Positions 27,647 through 35,474 of a stretch of DNA of 48,416 nt are shown here, in pieces (within the stretch, counting starts at the first letter, position 1; each line of letters begins with the position of its first letter). The stretch comes from Elusimicrobiota bacterium. GTDB lineage: Bacteria; Elusimicrobiota; Elusimicrobia; UBA1565; UBA9628. Location of the stretch: positions 1 to 48,416 of the forward strand of contig JAYVZL010000361.1 in assembly GCA_043783505.1 (NCBI GenBank). The letters are read 5' to 3'. Under the pieces are notes generated by a model. It made no database searches. It was not told where the DNA came from and worked only from the letters and a program-made list of their open reading frames with translations. Position numbers and translations under genes: made by a program.

Positions 27647-27897
27647 GACTATATTTTAAAAGAGACAAAAAGCCGGATTTTGAGGCGGGCTTTCGCTTCG
27701 CGGAGCTGATAAGCAGCGGGGAGATCGAATCTATAACCGAAGGCAAAAGTCATGATTTCTCGGATTGGTGTATCAAGTTTAACCACGGCACGCAGAGCGG
27801 TATTGTGCCCAAGACGATTTTGGGATCTTCGTTGAGCGACCGGAACTATGCGCGTAAGGATCAGGATGAGTGCGTCAGCGGGAACGTGCCTCGCTAG
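27613..27897 (+). pseudogene. Open frame without a start codon, continuing the small ORF in another frame (frameshifted remnant?)
   Basis: The frame is open from 27613 to the TAG at 27895-27897. It translates as ...LRLYFKRDKKPDFEAGFRFAELISSGEIESITEGKSHDFSDWCIKFNHGTQSGIVPKTILGSSLSDRNYARKDQDECVSGNVPR. There is no in-frame ATG. It repeats the LYFxxD...DF pattern found at the end of the 27437 ORF. Confidence 0.25.
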
Positions 27898-27944
27898 GGC
27901 CGCTGTCGATGACAGCCGTATTCGAAGATCCGCTTTTCCGCGCC

Positions 27945-29114
27945 CTAAGTACCGGGGAAGCCGCCGCTCTCGAGTTGTGTCCAAGGGATGGCTGTTAGCC
28001 CTGGAGCGAGTCGAAGTGCCCGCTCTCCTCGATAGACGACGAAGCCCGAACGAAGCTGAAGATCCTTCATGCACTGGCGGATCCCGAGCAAGCCCTTGGC
28101 GGACAGCGAGGAGCCCGCCTTGACCTCCACGACCATTCGCGTGCGGCCGTTTTCGATGATCAAGTCGGCTTCCGCTCCGGCCTGGGTCCTCCAGAAGTAG
28201 CAGCCCGGAGCCGGCCAGCGCAGCTTCGCCCGGCGGATAAGTTCCTCAAGGACGAACCCTTCCCAAGAGTTTCCCCGTCCGGGCCAAGTCTCCAAGTCTT
28301 GAGGCCTCCGCAGTCCGGCGAGGTGGTGCAGAAGCCCCGTGTCCCGGATGTAGAGCTTGGGGCTCTTGACCAGGCGTTTGGAGATGTTCGCGTGGTAGGG
28401 CTGCAGACGGCGGATCATGAAAGCGCCTTCTAAAATATCGAGATGATGGGCCACGCTGGGAACACTTAGGTCGAGCGATCTCGCCAAGTCCGAGAGATTG
28501 AGCAGGCCGCCATGGACGTGGGCGAGCATCATCCAGAGTTTACGCAGGCGCACGGCCGGCACTTGGATTCCCATGGCAGGGATGTCCCTTTCAAGAAAAG
28601 TGCGGACATACTGCTCAAGCCAGGAGGTCTTGCTCTGCGCCGAGTTCAGCGCATAGAGCGGCGCAAGGCCGCCCCAGAACCATCTTTGCGCCAGCCAGCG
28701 CGGCTTTGCCGCCAGCTCGGAACTGCCGAAAGGCGTCATTTCGAGGACCCCGATGCGGCCCGAGAGGCTCTCGCCGGACTGCTTCAGAAGGGGAGGCGCG
28801 GCCGACCCCGTCAAGACGAAGGACCCGGCTCGCCGCTTTCGGTCGACCACTCCGCGCAGGATCGGGAAAAGCTGAGGATAGCGCTGCGCCTCATCGATGA
28901 TCAGTTTTCCCGGGTTGGCCGCTAGAAACCCCTCGGGGTCGGAGCTCAGGAGGTCGAGATCGGTGGGGTTTTCAAGATCCAGGTACTTCCAGGAGGGAAG
29001 CTCGGCGCGGACTAAAGTCGTCTTGCCGGACTGTCTGGGGCCAGCTACGAGGACGACGGGGAAGATCTTGAGGTTGGATCGAAGGGCGGCGGCTTCGTCG
29101 CGCCTTATCAACAT
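27945..29114 (-). CDS. AAA-family ATPase of the AAA_14/DUF4143 type
   Basis: Walker A VAGPRQSGKTTL. Walker B LIIDEAQ. The C-terminal region is typical of DUF4143 proteins, including a winged-helix-like LSDLARSLDLSVPSVAHHLDILEG. Confidence 0.8.
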   Translation of the reverse strand: MLIRRDEAAALRSNLKIFPVVLVAGPRQSGKTTLVRAELPSWKYLDLENPTDLDLLSSDPEGFLAANPGKLIIDEAQRYPQLFPILRGVVDRKRRAGSFVLTGSAAPPLLKQSGESLSGRIGVLEMTPFGSSELAAKPRWLAQRWFWGGLAPLYALNSAQSKTSWLEQYVRTFLERDIPAMGIQVPAVRLRKLWMMLAHVHGGLLNLSDLARSLDLSVPSVAHHLDILEGAFMIRRLQPYHANISKRLVKSPKLYIRDTGLLHHLAGLRRPQDLETWPGRGNSWEGFVLEELIRRAKLRWPAPGCYFWRTQAGAEADLIIENGRTRMVVEVKAGSSLSAKGLLGIRQCMKDLQLRSGFVVYRGERALRLAPGLTAIPWTQLESGGFPGT

Positions 29115-29121
29115 ACCACGT

Positions 29122-29150
29122 ATTATATAGGACGATGTTTAAATTTACAA
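29122..29150 (-). promoter_or_regulatory. Candidate strong promoter producing a leaderless mRNA for the ATPase gene
   Basis: The minus strand reads TTGTAA (29150-29145), a 17-nt spacer, then TATAAT (29127-29122), then 7 nt, then the ATG at 29114. No SD sequence. Confidence 0.5.
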
Positions 29151-29190
29151 GGTATAAATGGCATCCCGCGAGATCCTTCTCTGTATAGGC

Positions 29191-30123
29191 CTAGCGGCCG
29201 TTGTCGACGACGGAGTCCACGACGAACAGCGGGCGGCGCTTGACCTCGTCGAGGATGCGCCAGACGTACTCGCCGATCACGCCTAGGACGAGGAAGTTTC
29301 CCCCGCCGAGGACGAGCGTGACCACCATCATCGCGGTCCAGCCCGGGATCGGGATGCCGCTGCGGAGTTTCAATGTTATGAGGTAGGCGGCGTGACAGAA
29401 GCCGCCGACGGCGACCAGAAGGCCGAACCACTGCACCACACGGATGGGGAAGTAGGAGAAGGCGAGGATCGAGTCGATGAAATACTTCACCTTCTTGCGC
29501 AGGGTCCACATGCTGACGCCCTTCTCCCTGCGTCGGCGCGTATAGTAGATGACCTCGCGGTCAAAACCAAGCCAGAGGATGAGGCCCATCAAGGTGGTGT
29601 TCTTCTCGGCTGCTTGGACGACCGCGTCGATGACCACCCGGTCGATGAGCACGAAGTCGAATCCGCCCTTGGGCATCTCCGGGAAGACGAAGCGGCGCAG
29701 GATCCAGTAGTAGATCCCGGAGAAAAGGCGCTGTCCCAATCCTTCCTCTCGCTCCTGGCGCGCTGCCAGGACGACTTGGCGTCCGGCCTTCCAATGCGCG
29801 AGCAGGTCCGGGATGAGCTCCGGAGGGTCCTGGAGATCGGCGGAGATCAGCACGGCGGCGCGGCCGCGCGCGCGGCTTAAGCCGGCCACGCAGGCCGTGA
29901 AGGAGCCGAAGTTCCGGGAGAGGCGGATGGCTTGGGTGTGGGGGCGTTTTTTGGCGTAGGCCTGAAGCTGGGCCCAGGAGTCGTCGCGGGAGCGGTCGTC
30001 GACAAAGACCAGCTCCGCGTTCGGTCCCGCCGCTTTTTCCAAGGCCGGAAACAGATCGGGGAGATTGGCGGAGTTGTTGTAGACGGGAACGACGACGCTC
30101 AGCTCGGGAAGTTCATTTGCCAT
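29191..30123 (-). CDS. GT2 polyprenyl-phosphate glycosyltransferase (ArnC/GtrB/DPM1-like)
   Basis: LSVVVPVYNN...FVDDRSRDDS...ISADLQDPPE, plus two C-terminal TM helices. Confidence 0.85.
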   Translation of the reverse strand: MANELPELSVVVPVYNNSANLPDLFPALEKAAGPNAELVFVDDRSRDDSWAQLQAYAKKRPHTQAIRLSRNFGSFTACVAGLSRARGRAAVLISADLQDPPELIPDLLAHWKAGRQVVLAARQEREEGLGQRLFSGIYYWILRRFVFPEMPKGGFDFVLIDRVVIDAVVQAAEKNTTLMGLILWLGFDREVIYYTRRRREKGVSMWTLRKKVKYFIDSILAFSYFPIRVVQWFGLLVAVGGFCHAAYLITLKLRSGIPIPGWTAMMVVTLVLGGGNFLVLGVIGEYVWRILDEVKRRPLFVVDSVVDNGR

Positions 30124-31213
30124 GGAATTGTCTTACCGCTCCCGCGATGAATTCGAGTTCCTCGTCGCGCAGGTGCGGGAAAAAGGGCAGGCTGAGCAGG
30201 TTCTTGGCCGCGACTTCCGCGACGGGGAACGAGCCTTCGCCGTATCCCCAATTCCGGTAACAGGGCTGGAGATGAAGCGGAGTGGGGTAGTGGACGCGCG
30301 TGATCACGCCGCGCTCCTCGAGGAAATCGCGCATGGCGTCGCGTCGCGCCGAGAGCACTGGGTAAAGATGGTAGACCGAGCGCCCGCCGTCCACCGTCTC
30401 GGGCCGGAATAAAGGAAGGCCCTTGAAGGCCGCGTCGAAACGCTCGGCCATTTTGGCGCGCCGAGCGTTCCATCCGTCGAGATGCCGCAGCTTGACACGC
30501 AGGATCGCGGCCTGCAGCTCGTCGATCCGGCTGTTGAGCCCCTCTTCTTCATGATGGTCGCGGCGCGTCTGTCCGTAGTTGCGCAGGCGGCGCAGCCGCT
30601 CGGCCAGCGCGGCGTCGTTGGTGGCCACCGCTCCGGCGTCCCCGTAGGCGCCCAGGTTCTTCGAGGGGTAGAAGCTGAAGCACGACATGACGCCGATCGT
30701 TCCGGCCTTTTGCCCGCGGTAGATGGTTCCGTGCGCCTGGGCGCAGTCCTCGATGATCGGCAGGCCCAGCCCTTTGAGCGCGTCCAGGTCGGCGGGCCCT
30801 CCGAACAAGTGCACGGGGATGACGGCCTTGGTCTTCGATCCCATCGCGCGGCGCGCGGACTTGGGGCACATGGTCAGCGTGTGCGCGTCGGCGTCCGTGG
30901 GAATGGGCGTCGCGCCCGCCAGCCGCACGCCGGTGGCCGTAGGCACGCACGTGTTGGTCGGAACGAGGACCTCGTCGCCGTCGCCTATATCGAGCGCGCG
31001 CAGGGCCAAGGTCAGGGCTTCGGTGCCGGAGGCGCAGGCGACGACGTACTTGACGCCGAGCCACGCGGCGAACTCGGACTCGAAAGCGTCCGTCTCGGGT
31101 CCGAGCAGAAAATAGCCTCGGGCGAGAACGCGCGCCGTCGCCTCGTCGATCTCGTCCTTGATCTCGGCGTACTCGCGCGCCAGATCGCCCTGCGGTATGC
31201 TCAATGAATGCAT
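30113..31213 (-). CDS. DegT/DnrJ/EryC1/StrS-family sugar aminotransferase (ArnB-like)
   Basis: GPETDAFESEFAAWLG...ASGTEAL...FSFYPSKNLGAYGDAG (PLP lysine context)...RNYG. Trimmed from ORF 30113..31345 to the ATG at 31213. Confidence 0.9.
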   Translation of the reverse strand: MHSLSIPQGDLAREYAEIKDEIDEATARVLARGYFLLGPETDAFESEFAAWLGVKYVVACASGTEALTLALRALDIGDGDEVLVPTNTCVPTATGVRLAGATPIPTDADAHTLTMCPKSARRAMGSKTKAVIPVHLFGGPADLDALKGLGLPIIEDCAQAHGTIYRGQKAGTIGVMSCFSFYPSKNLGAYGDAGAVATNDAALAERLRRLRNYGQTRRDHHEEEGLNSRIDELQAAILRVKLRHLDGWNARRAKMAERFDAAFKGLPLFRPETVDGGRSVYHLYPVLSARRDAMRDFLEERGVITRVHYPTPLHLQPCYRNWGYGEGSFPVAEVAAKNLLSLPFFPHLRDEELEFIAGAVRQFHGK

Positions 31214-31713
31214 CGGGAGGGGGGCGCGTCGGCGCGCTCGCCGCAGAAGCAGGCCCAGCCTTGGCGGCGGGCGGGATTGCCGAAGACCACGGCGTGGGGC
31301 TCGACGTTGCGCGTGACGACCGCGCCCATGCCCACCATCGCCCATTCGCCGATCACCACGCCCGGTCCGATGATCGCTCCGGCTCCGAGCGAGGCTCCTT
31401 TCTTGACCAAAGTCTCGGGATGGGCCACGGGCCGCCGGCTGCGGGGCCGGCGATCATTGGTGAAAGTGACGTTGGGCCCGACGAATACGTCGTCTTCCAG
31501 GCGCACGCCGTCCCACAAATACACGCCGCACTTGAGCGTGACGCGGTCGCCCACGCGCACGTCGTTCTCGACGAAGACGTGGGAGTTGAGATTGCAGTCC
31601 TCGCCGATCGTGGCACCCTTGAGCACGTGTGTGAACTCGTAGATCCGGGTGCGCGGACCGACTTTTTCCGTGTCCACGATGGCGCGCGGATCGATGAAGG
31701 GGGCGTCGCTCAT
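31201..31713 (-). CDS. Left-handed beta-helix sugar N-acyltransferase (WxcM/QdtC-like)
   Basis: Hexapeptide repeats (IGEDCNLNSHVFVENDVRVGDRVTLKCGVYLWDGVRLEDDVFVGPNVTF). ATGA overlap with the upstream SDR gene. Confidence 0.75.
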   Translation of the reverse strand: MSDAPFIDPRAIVDTEKVGPRTRIYEFTHVLKGATIGEDCNLNSHVFVENDVRVGDRVTLKCGVYLWDGVRLEDDVFVGPNVTFTNDRRPRSRRPVAHPETLVKKGASLGAGAIIGPGVVIGEWAMVGMGAVVTRNVEPHAVVFGNPARRQGWACFCGERADAPPSRCIH

Positions 31714-32723
31714 TGCCAGTAGCGGGCGCGGTGGCGCTTGTAAAAATCCGTCGTGCGCCGCAGGCCGTCGTCGAGCTTGACTTGCGGCGACCAACCGGCG
31801 GTCTCGCGGATGCGCGTGATGTCGCTGCAGAAATCGCCGGGCTCCTGCGCGGCCCGCTCCGCGGAGAAGGGCTTGAAGGCCCAGGACCCGTGGCCCAAGA
31901 CCTCGATCAAAGTCTCCGCGTACTGCTTGAACGTCACTGGCTCGCCGTAGCCCACGTTGAGGACGCGGCCGTAGGTCTTTTCCTCGACCGCGCAGGCGAG
32001 CATGGCGTCGATGCAGTCGTCGACGTACAGGAAATCGCGCTTGATGCTGCCGTCGCCGAAGATCGGGATCTCCTTTTCCTCGAGAGCCAGGCGCACGAAC
32101 CAATTCGCCACGCCGAAATGGTGATGCTGCATCTGCGCGCGCGGGCCGTAGATGTTGGTGAGTCTTAGGTTCACGCAGCGCACGCCGTGAATGTCGTGAT
32201 AGACCTGAAGGATCTTCTCCGCCGTGAGCTGGGAGATCTCGTAGATCCCCTTGGGGTTTGAGGGCGCGTCCTCGGAGACCGGCTGCTTGGAGGTCGGGCC
32301 GTACTGCCCGCGCGTGCCGCCGCGGATGACGACGGCCTTCTTGTTGTTCTTTTTCAAGGCTTCCATCAGCACGGCCGTGCCCTTGATATTGATGTCGATG
32401 TCGAGGAAGGGGTCGCTGAGACTGTGCACGTGGCTGACCTGAGCGGCGAGATGAAAGACGAAGTCGGCCCCTTGAACCAAGTGGTTCATCCCATGCTCGT
32501 CGCGCACGTCGGAGATGTTGACCCGGATCTTGGCGGCCGATTCCGGAAGGCCGCTCTCGAGGTTGAACTTGTTCCCGCCGTAGCCCGGGATCAGGGCGTC
32601 AACGACCGTGACGTCGGCGCCAGCCTCGGCCAGTCTCAGGGCGAGCGTGCTGCCGATAAATCCCAGTCCGCCGGTGACCAGCACCCGGCAGCCGTTAAAA
32701 CGCTTGTCGCTGGGCGGGCTCAT
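31710..32723 (-). CDS. Extended-SDR NAD-dependent sugar epimerase/dehydratase family protein with an atypical YxxxQ
   Basis: Rossmann motif VLVTGGLGFIGS. The catalytic-region alignment gives GGTRGQYG and IYEISQLTAEK. Confidence 0.8.
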   Translation of the reverse strand: MSPPSDKRFNGCRVLVTGGLGFIGSTLALRLAEAGADVTVVDALIPGYGGNKFNLESGLPESAAKIRVNISDVRDEHGMNHLVQGADFVFHLAAQVSHVHSLSDPFLDIDINIKGTAVLMEALKKNNKKAVVIRGGTRGQYGPTSKQPVSEDAPSNPKGIYEISQLTAEKILQVYHDIHGVRCVNLRLTNIYGPRAQMQHHHFGVANWFVRLALEEKEIPIFGDGSIKRDFLYVDDCIDAMLACAVEEKTYGRVLNVGYGEPVTFKQYAETLIEVLGHGSWAFKPFSAERAAQEPGDFCSDITRIRETAGWSPQVKLDDGLRRTTDFYKRHRARYWQ

Positions 32724-32761
32724 CTGAAGACGATACCGTATTCGTCCCCGCCCTTGCTATA

Positions 32762-33799
32762 ATGGACGCTCCCGTGACGACCGCCACCGCTTCCCTGCCC
32801 GACATCGTTTCCCGTCTTTTCGCCTGCCCGTGCTGCCACGGGACCTTGGAGTTATCTTCCTTCGGCGGCGAGGAAACCGGCGCGGCGCGCTGCGGCGCCT
32901 GCGGTGCCTGGTACCGCGTCGAAAACGGGGTGGCCGAGCTTCTGCCGCCGCGCCTGCAGGATGCGGGCCTCCGGAGCGATTTTCAACGCCGCCACGCGGC
33001 CGCGTGGGGGGGGTGGAACGCGGGCCCGAAGGATCCCTCTCGCCAGGACGACGTCCACAAGCTCGGGCAGAAAAATTTTTACGACGAGGACGCTCTCGCC
33101 TACGAGACCAGCATGCTGAAGCTGTCTTTCTGGCAGGCCTTCGACCGGACCTTCCGGGGCATGATCCGCGCCGCCGGCGGCGGCCTGCTCGTGGAGGTCG
33201 GCTGCGGCACGGGGCGCATCTCGGTGCCCTGCCGAGACAGCTTTTCGGCGATCGTGGGTTTCGACATCTCCGAAGCCATGGTGCGCACCGCCGAGCGCAA
33301 GCGCCGCGAACTCGGCGACGCGGGACACCTGCGCTACTTGGTGGGCGACGCGGAGAACATCCCGCTGCGCGATGGGGTGGCCGACGCGGTCGTCTTCTCG
33401 GGCATCCTGCATCATGTCGAGAACCCGGGCCGCGTCATCAAAGAAGCCCTACGCGTGCTCAAGCCCGGCGGGCGCTATTGGGGGCTCGAGAACAACCGCA
33501 GCGCGTTTCGTCCACTCTTCGACCTGCTCATGCACGTGAGCACGATCTGGAACGAAAAGGCTCATGAGGACCACTTCATCATGTCCGCCCGCGAGATCAG
33601 GCAGTGGCTGATCGAGGCCGGCGCCGGCGTCGAGGCCGAGACCTGGACCAGCGTGTTCCTGCCGCCGCACGCCTTCAACCTGCTCGACGCTCAAGGTGCT
33701 GAGTCACTCATGGTCAAGAGCGACGCGTTCATGCGCCGCATACCCTGGCTTCGCGACCAGGGCGGGCTCGTCCTTTTCTCGGGCCGCAAGCCGGGATGA
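32762..33799 (+). CDS. Class I SAM-dependent methyltransferase with an N-terminal Trm112-like zinc ribbon
   Basis: CPCCHG...CGACG ribbon. SAM motif I LLVEVGCGTGR. LKPGGRYW. The start could instead be the GTG at 32774, because a TGCTATAAT box overlaps the ATG at 32762. Confidence 0.8.
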   Translation: MDAPVTTATASLPDIVSRLFACPCCHGTLELSSFGGEETGAARCGACGAWYRVENGVAELLPPRLQDAGLRSDFQRRHAAAWGGWNAGPKDPSRQDDVHKLGQKNFYDEDALAYETSMLKLSFWQAFDRTFRGMIRAAGGGLLVEVGCGTGRISVPCRDSFSAIVGFDISEAMVRTAERKRRELGDAGHLRYLVGDAENIPLRDGVADAVVFSGILHHVENPGRVIKEALRVLKPGGRYWGLENNRSAFRPLFDLLMHVSTIWNEKAHEDHFIMSAREIRQWLIEAGAGVEAETWTSVFLPPHAFNLLDAQGAESLMVKSDAFMRRIPWLRDQGGLVLFSGRKPG

Positions 33800-35277
33800 G
33801 CCGGAGCCGCGAGCTTTCCCTTCCCGCCGCGTCTCTCATACTTATCGCGCTCACGGTCATCGTCCACGGAATTTTTGTTCCGTGGAAGGGCATCTATATG
33901 GACGATTGGCGCTTCATTCAGCTTTGGGAGTCGGCGCCGAGCCGCTCGTTGTCCGCGCTGATGTCGGCCTTCAACATCGGCGGCTTCTGCTGGTACCGGC
34001 CGCTCGATATCCCCTACTTTACGATCCAATACTGGCTGTTCGGCCGCGCCTTCTGGATGTATCAAGCCCTGCAGTTGATCTTCAGCGTCGGCTCGGTTCT
34101 TTTTCTGCACGCGGCCTGGCGCCGCGCCAGCGGCGATGCCGCGCTCGCCTTTCTTGCCGCGATTATCTTCGCCGTTTACCCGAATCATGCCTCCACTTAT
34201 CATTGGCTCTCGGCCCCATTCGCCGCCGTCTCTATTCTCTTTTCCGGAGCGCTTCTGCTGCAGTTGGAGGCCGCGAAGTCCGGCCGATGGGTACACGCGC
34301 TGAGCGCCTCCGTTTTGTTCGCGGCCGCCATACTCACGTATGAGGCCGTGCTGCCTTTAGCGGTCCTGATCCCGGCGTTGAGCGCGATGCGTCTGCGCCG
34401 CGACGGGCGTACGACCAAAAAGGCCTGGCTCATCGCCTTCTGCTCCTCCATTCCTCTGATCTTGGCCGCGGTCGCGGCCGTGCTCTACCAACAGGTCTTG
34501 ATCCCGCGCCTGTTCCCCACGGGCCAAACCCGGCCTATGAGCTTTAACTTCGTGCGCCTGCTGCAAGTGTATGGGCGTTCATTCGAGTGCAGCACCAGCG
34601 GCGTGCTGGCTTTGGCGGCTGATTCCGGGCGCCGCGCCGTCGAGGCCGGGCTTTGGCTTCTGCTGCCGGCCCTGGCCGGGGCCGTCGCCGGCGGCTATTG
34701 GCTGTGGCGTCGCAGCGGTATCGAGACGTCGCAGGCCGGCCAGGTCGGGCGCGAGGAATGGCTGATCGCAGCCGTCGCGGCCTGGGTCGCGTCTTACGCC
34801 CCCGTCGCGGTCTCAGCTCAGGGCTACATGCCGCATATCTTCGACGAGCAAAACCGCCTCAACGCCGCCGGCACCGTCGGCGGATCCATGCTGGCGGCGA
34901 GCGCCTTGATGTTCTTGGCGCGGACGCGGCGAAAGACAGCCGCCGCGCTTTTCGTTCTGTTCTTTACCCTATCAGCGGGCGTCGATTGGGTCGCGGGTTG
35001 GGACTGGATGCGCTCCTGGCTTCTTCAGACCCATGTTCTCACCGAGATCGCCCGGCAGGCCCCATCGGGGCCTGCCGATATCGCTCTCTCCGGTGTGCCT
35101 GAGACCATCGGCCGGGCCGCGGTTTTCCATGCCGACTGGGAGTTCGAAACCGCGCTGCAGGTCTGGACCCGCCGCCCCGATCTGTCGGGCCGTCTTCGGC
35201 CGGCCGCCCAGCCGGCCGGACGGCCGGCGTTTGTTTACCAGTATCCCCAGAGCGTCATCGCTCCATCGTCGAAATAG
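33796..35277 (+). CDS. Polytopic membrane protein, probable GT-C-type glycosyltransferase
   Basis: ATGA overlap with the upstream methyltransferase. At least 10 hydrophobic segments. An early loop carries MDDW. No firm family assignment. Confidence 0.5.
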   Translation: MSRSRELSLPAASLILIALTVIVHGIFVPWKGIYMDDWRFIQLWESAPSRSLSALMSAFNIGGFCWYRPLDIPYFTIQYWLFGRAFWMYQALQLIFSVGSVLFLHAAWRRASGDAALAFLAAIIFAVYPNHASTYHWLSAPFAAVSILFSGALLLQLEAAKSGRWVHALSASVLFAAAILTYEAVLPLAVLIPALSAMRLRRDGRTTKKAWLIAFCSSIPLILAAVAAVLYQQVLIPRLFPTGQTRPMSFNFVRLLQVYGRSFECSTSGVLALAADSGRRAVEAGLWLLLPALAGAVAGGYWLWRRSGIETSQAGQVGREEWLIAAVAAWVASYAPVAVSAQGYMPHIFDEQNRLNAAGTVGGSMLAASALMFLARTRRKTAAALFVLFFTLSAGVDWVAGWDWMRSWLLQTHVLTEIARQAPSGPADIALSGVPETIGRAAVFHADWEFETALQVWTRRPDLSGRLRPAAQPAGRPAFVYQYPQSVIAPSSK

Positions 35278-35474
35278 CGGGTATTTAGAACTGTTTCCAG
35301 GAGCAGTTCTATATCCGAGAGCAACGCCATGGTCGAATACGATCGCTTTAAAAAAATAGGGGACAAGCATCCCATCGCCTTGTTGGTCAGAAATGCGTTG
35401 GCTCCATGCAGACGATGGTCGGTACGCAAACGCCGGTGCTGGAAAGGGTGACGCGCAAGTGATTAGGCGTCGAA

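Noticed and set aside
27898-27944. Short hairpin gctgtc-gat-gacagc between the start-less frame and the ATPase stop
   Set aside because: The stem is 6 bp with a 3-nt loop and no T-tract on either strand, which is too weak to annotate.
27649-28074. 141-aa minus-strand ORF in the low-GC islet
   Set aside because: It overlaps the 3' end of the ATPase gene in another frame. It also lies antisense to the more protein-like plus-strand frame 27613-27897. It has no RBS and no motifs.
35286-35311. Hairpin tagaactg-N10-cagttcta in the 197-bp convergent gap between two GT-C genes
   Set aside because: The stem is only 8 bp and AT-rich, with no following U-tract. That is insufficient to call a terminator or an RNA element. 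The 64-aa ORF 35235..35429 in this gap has no RBS and overlaps a gene end.
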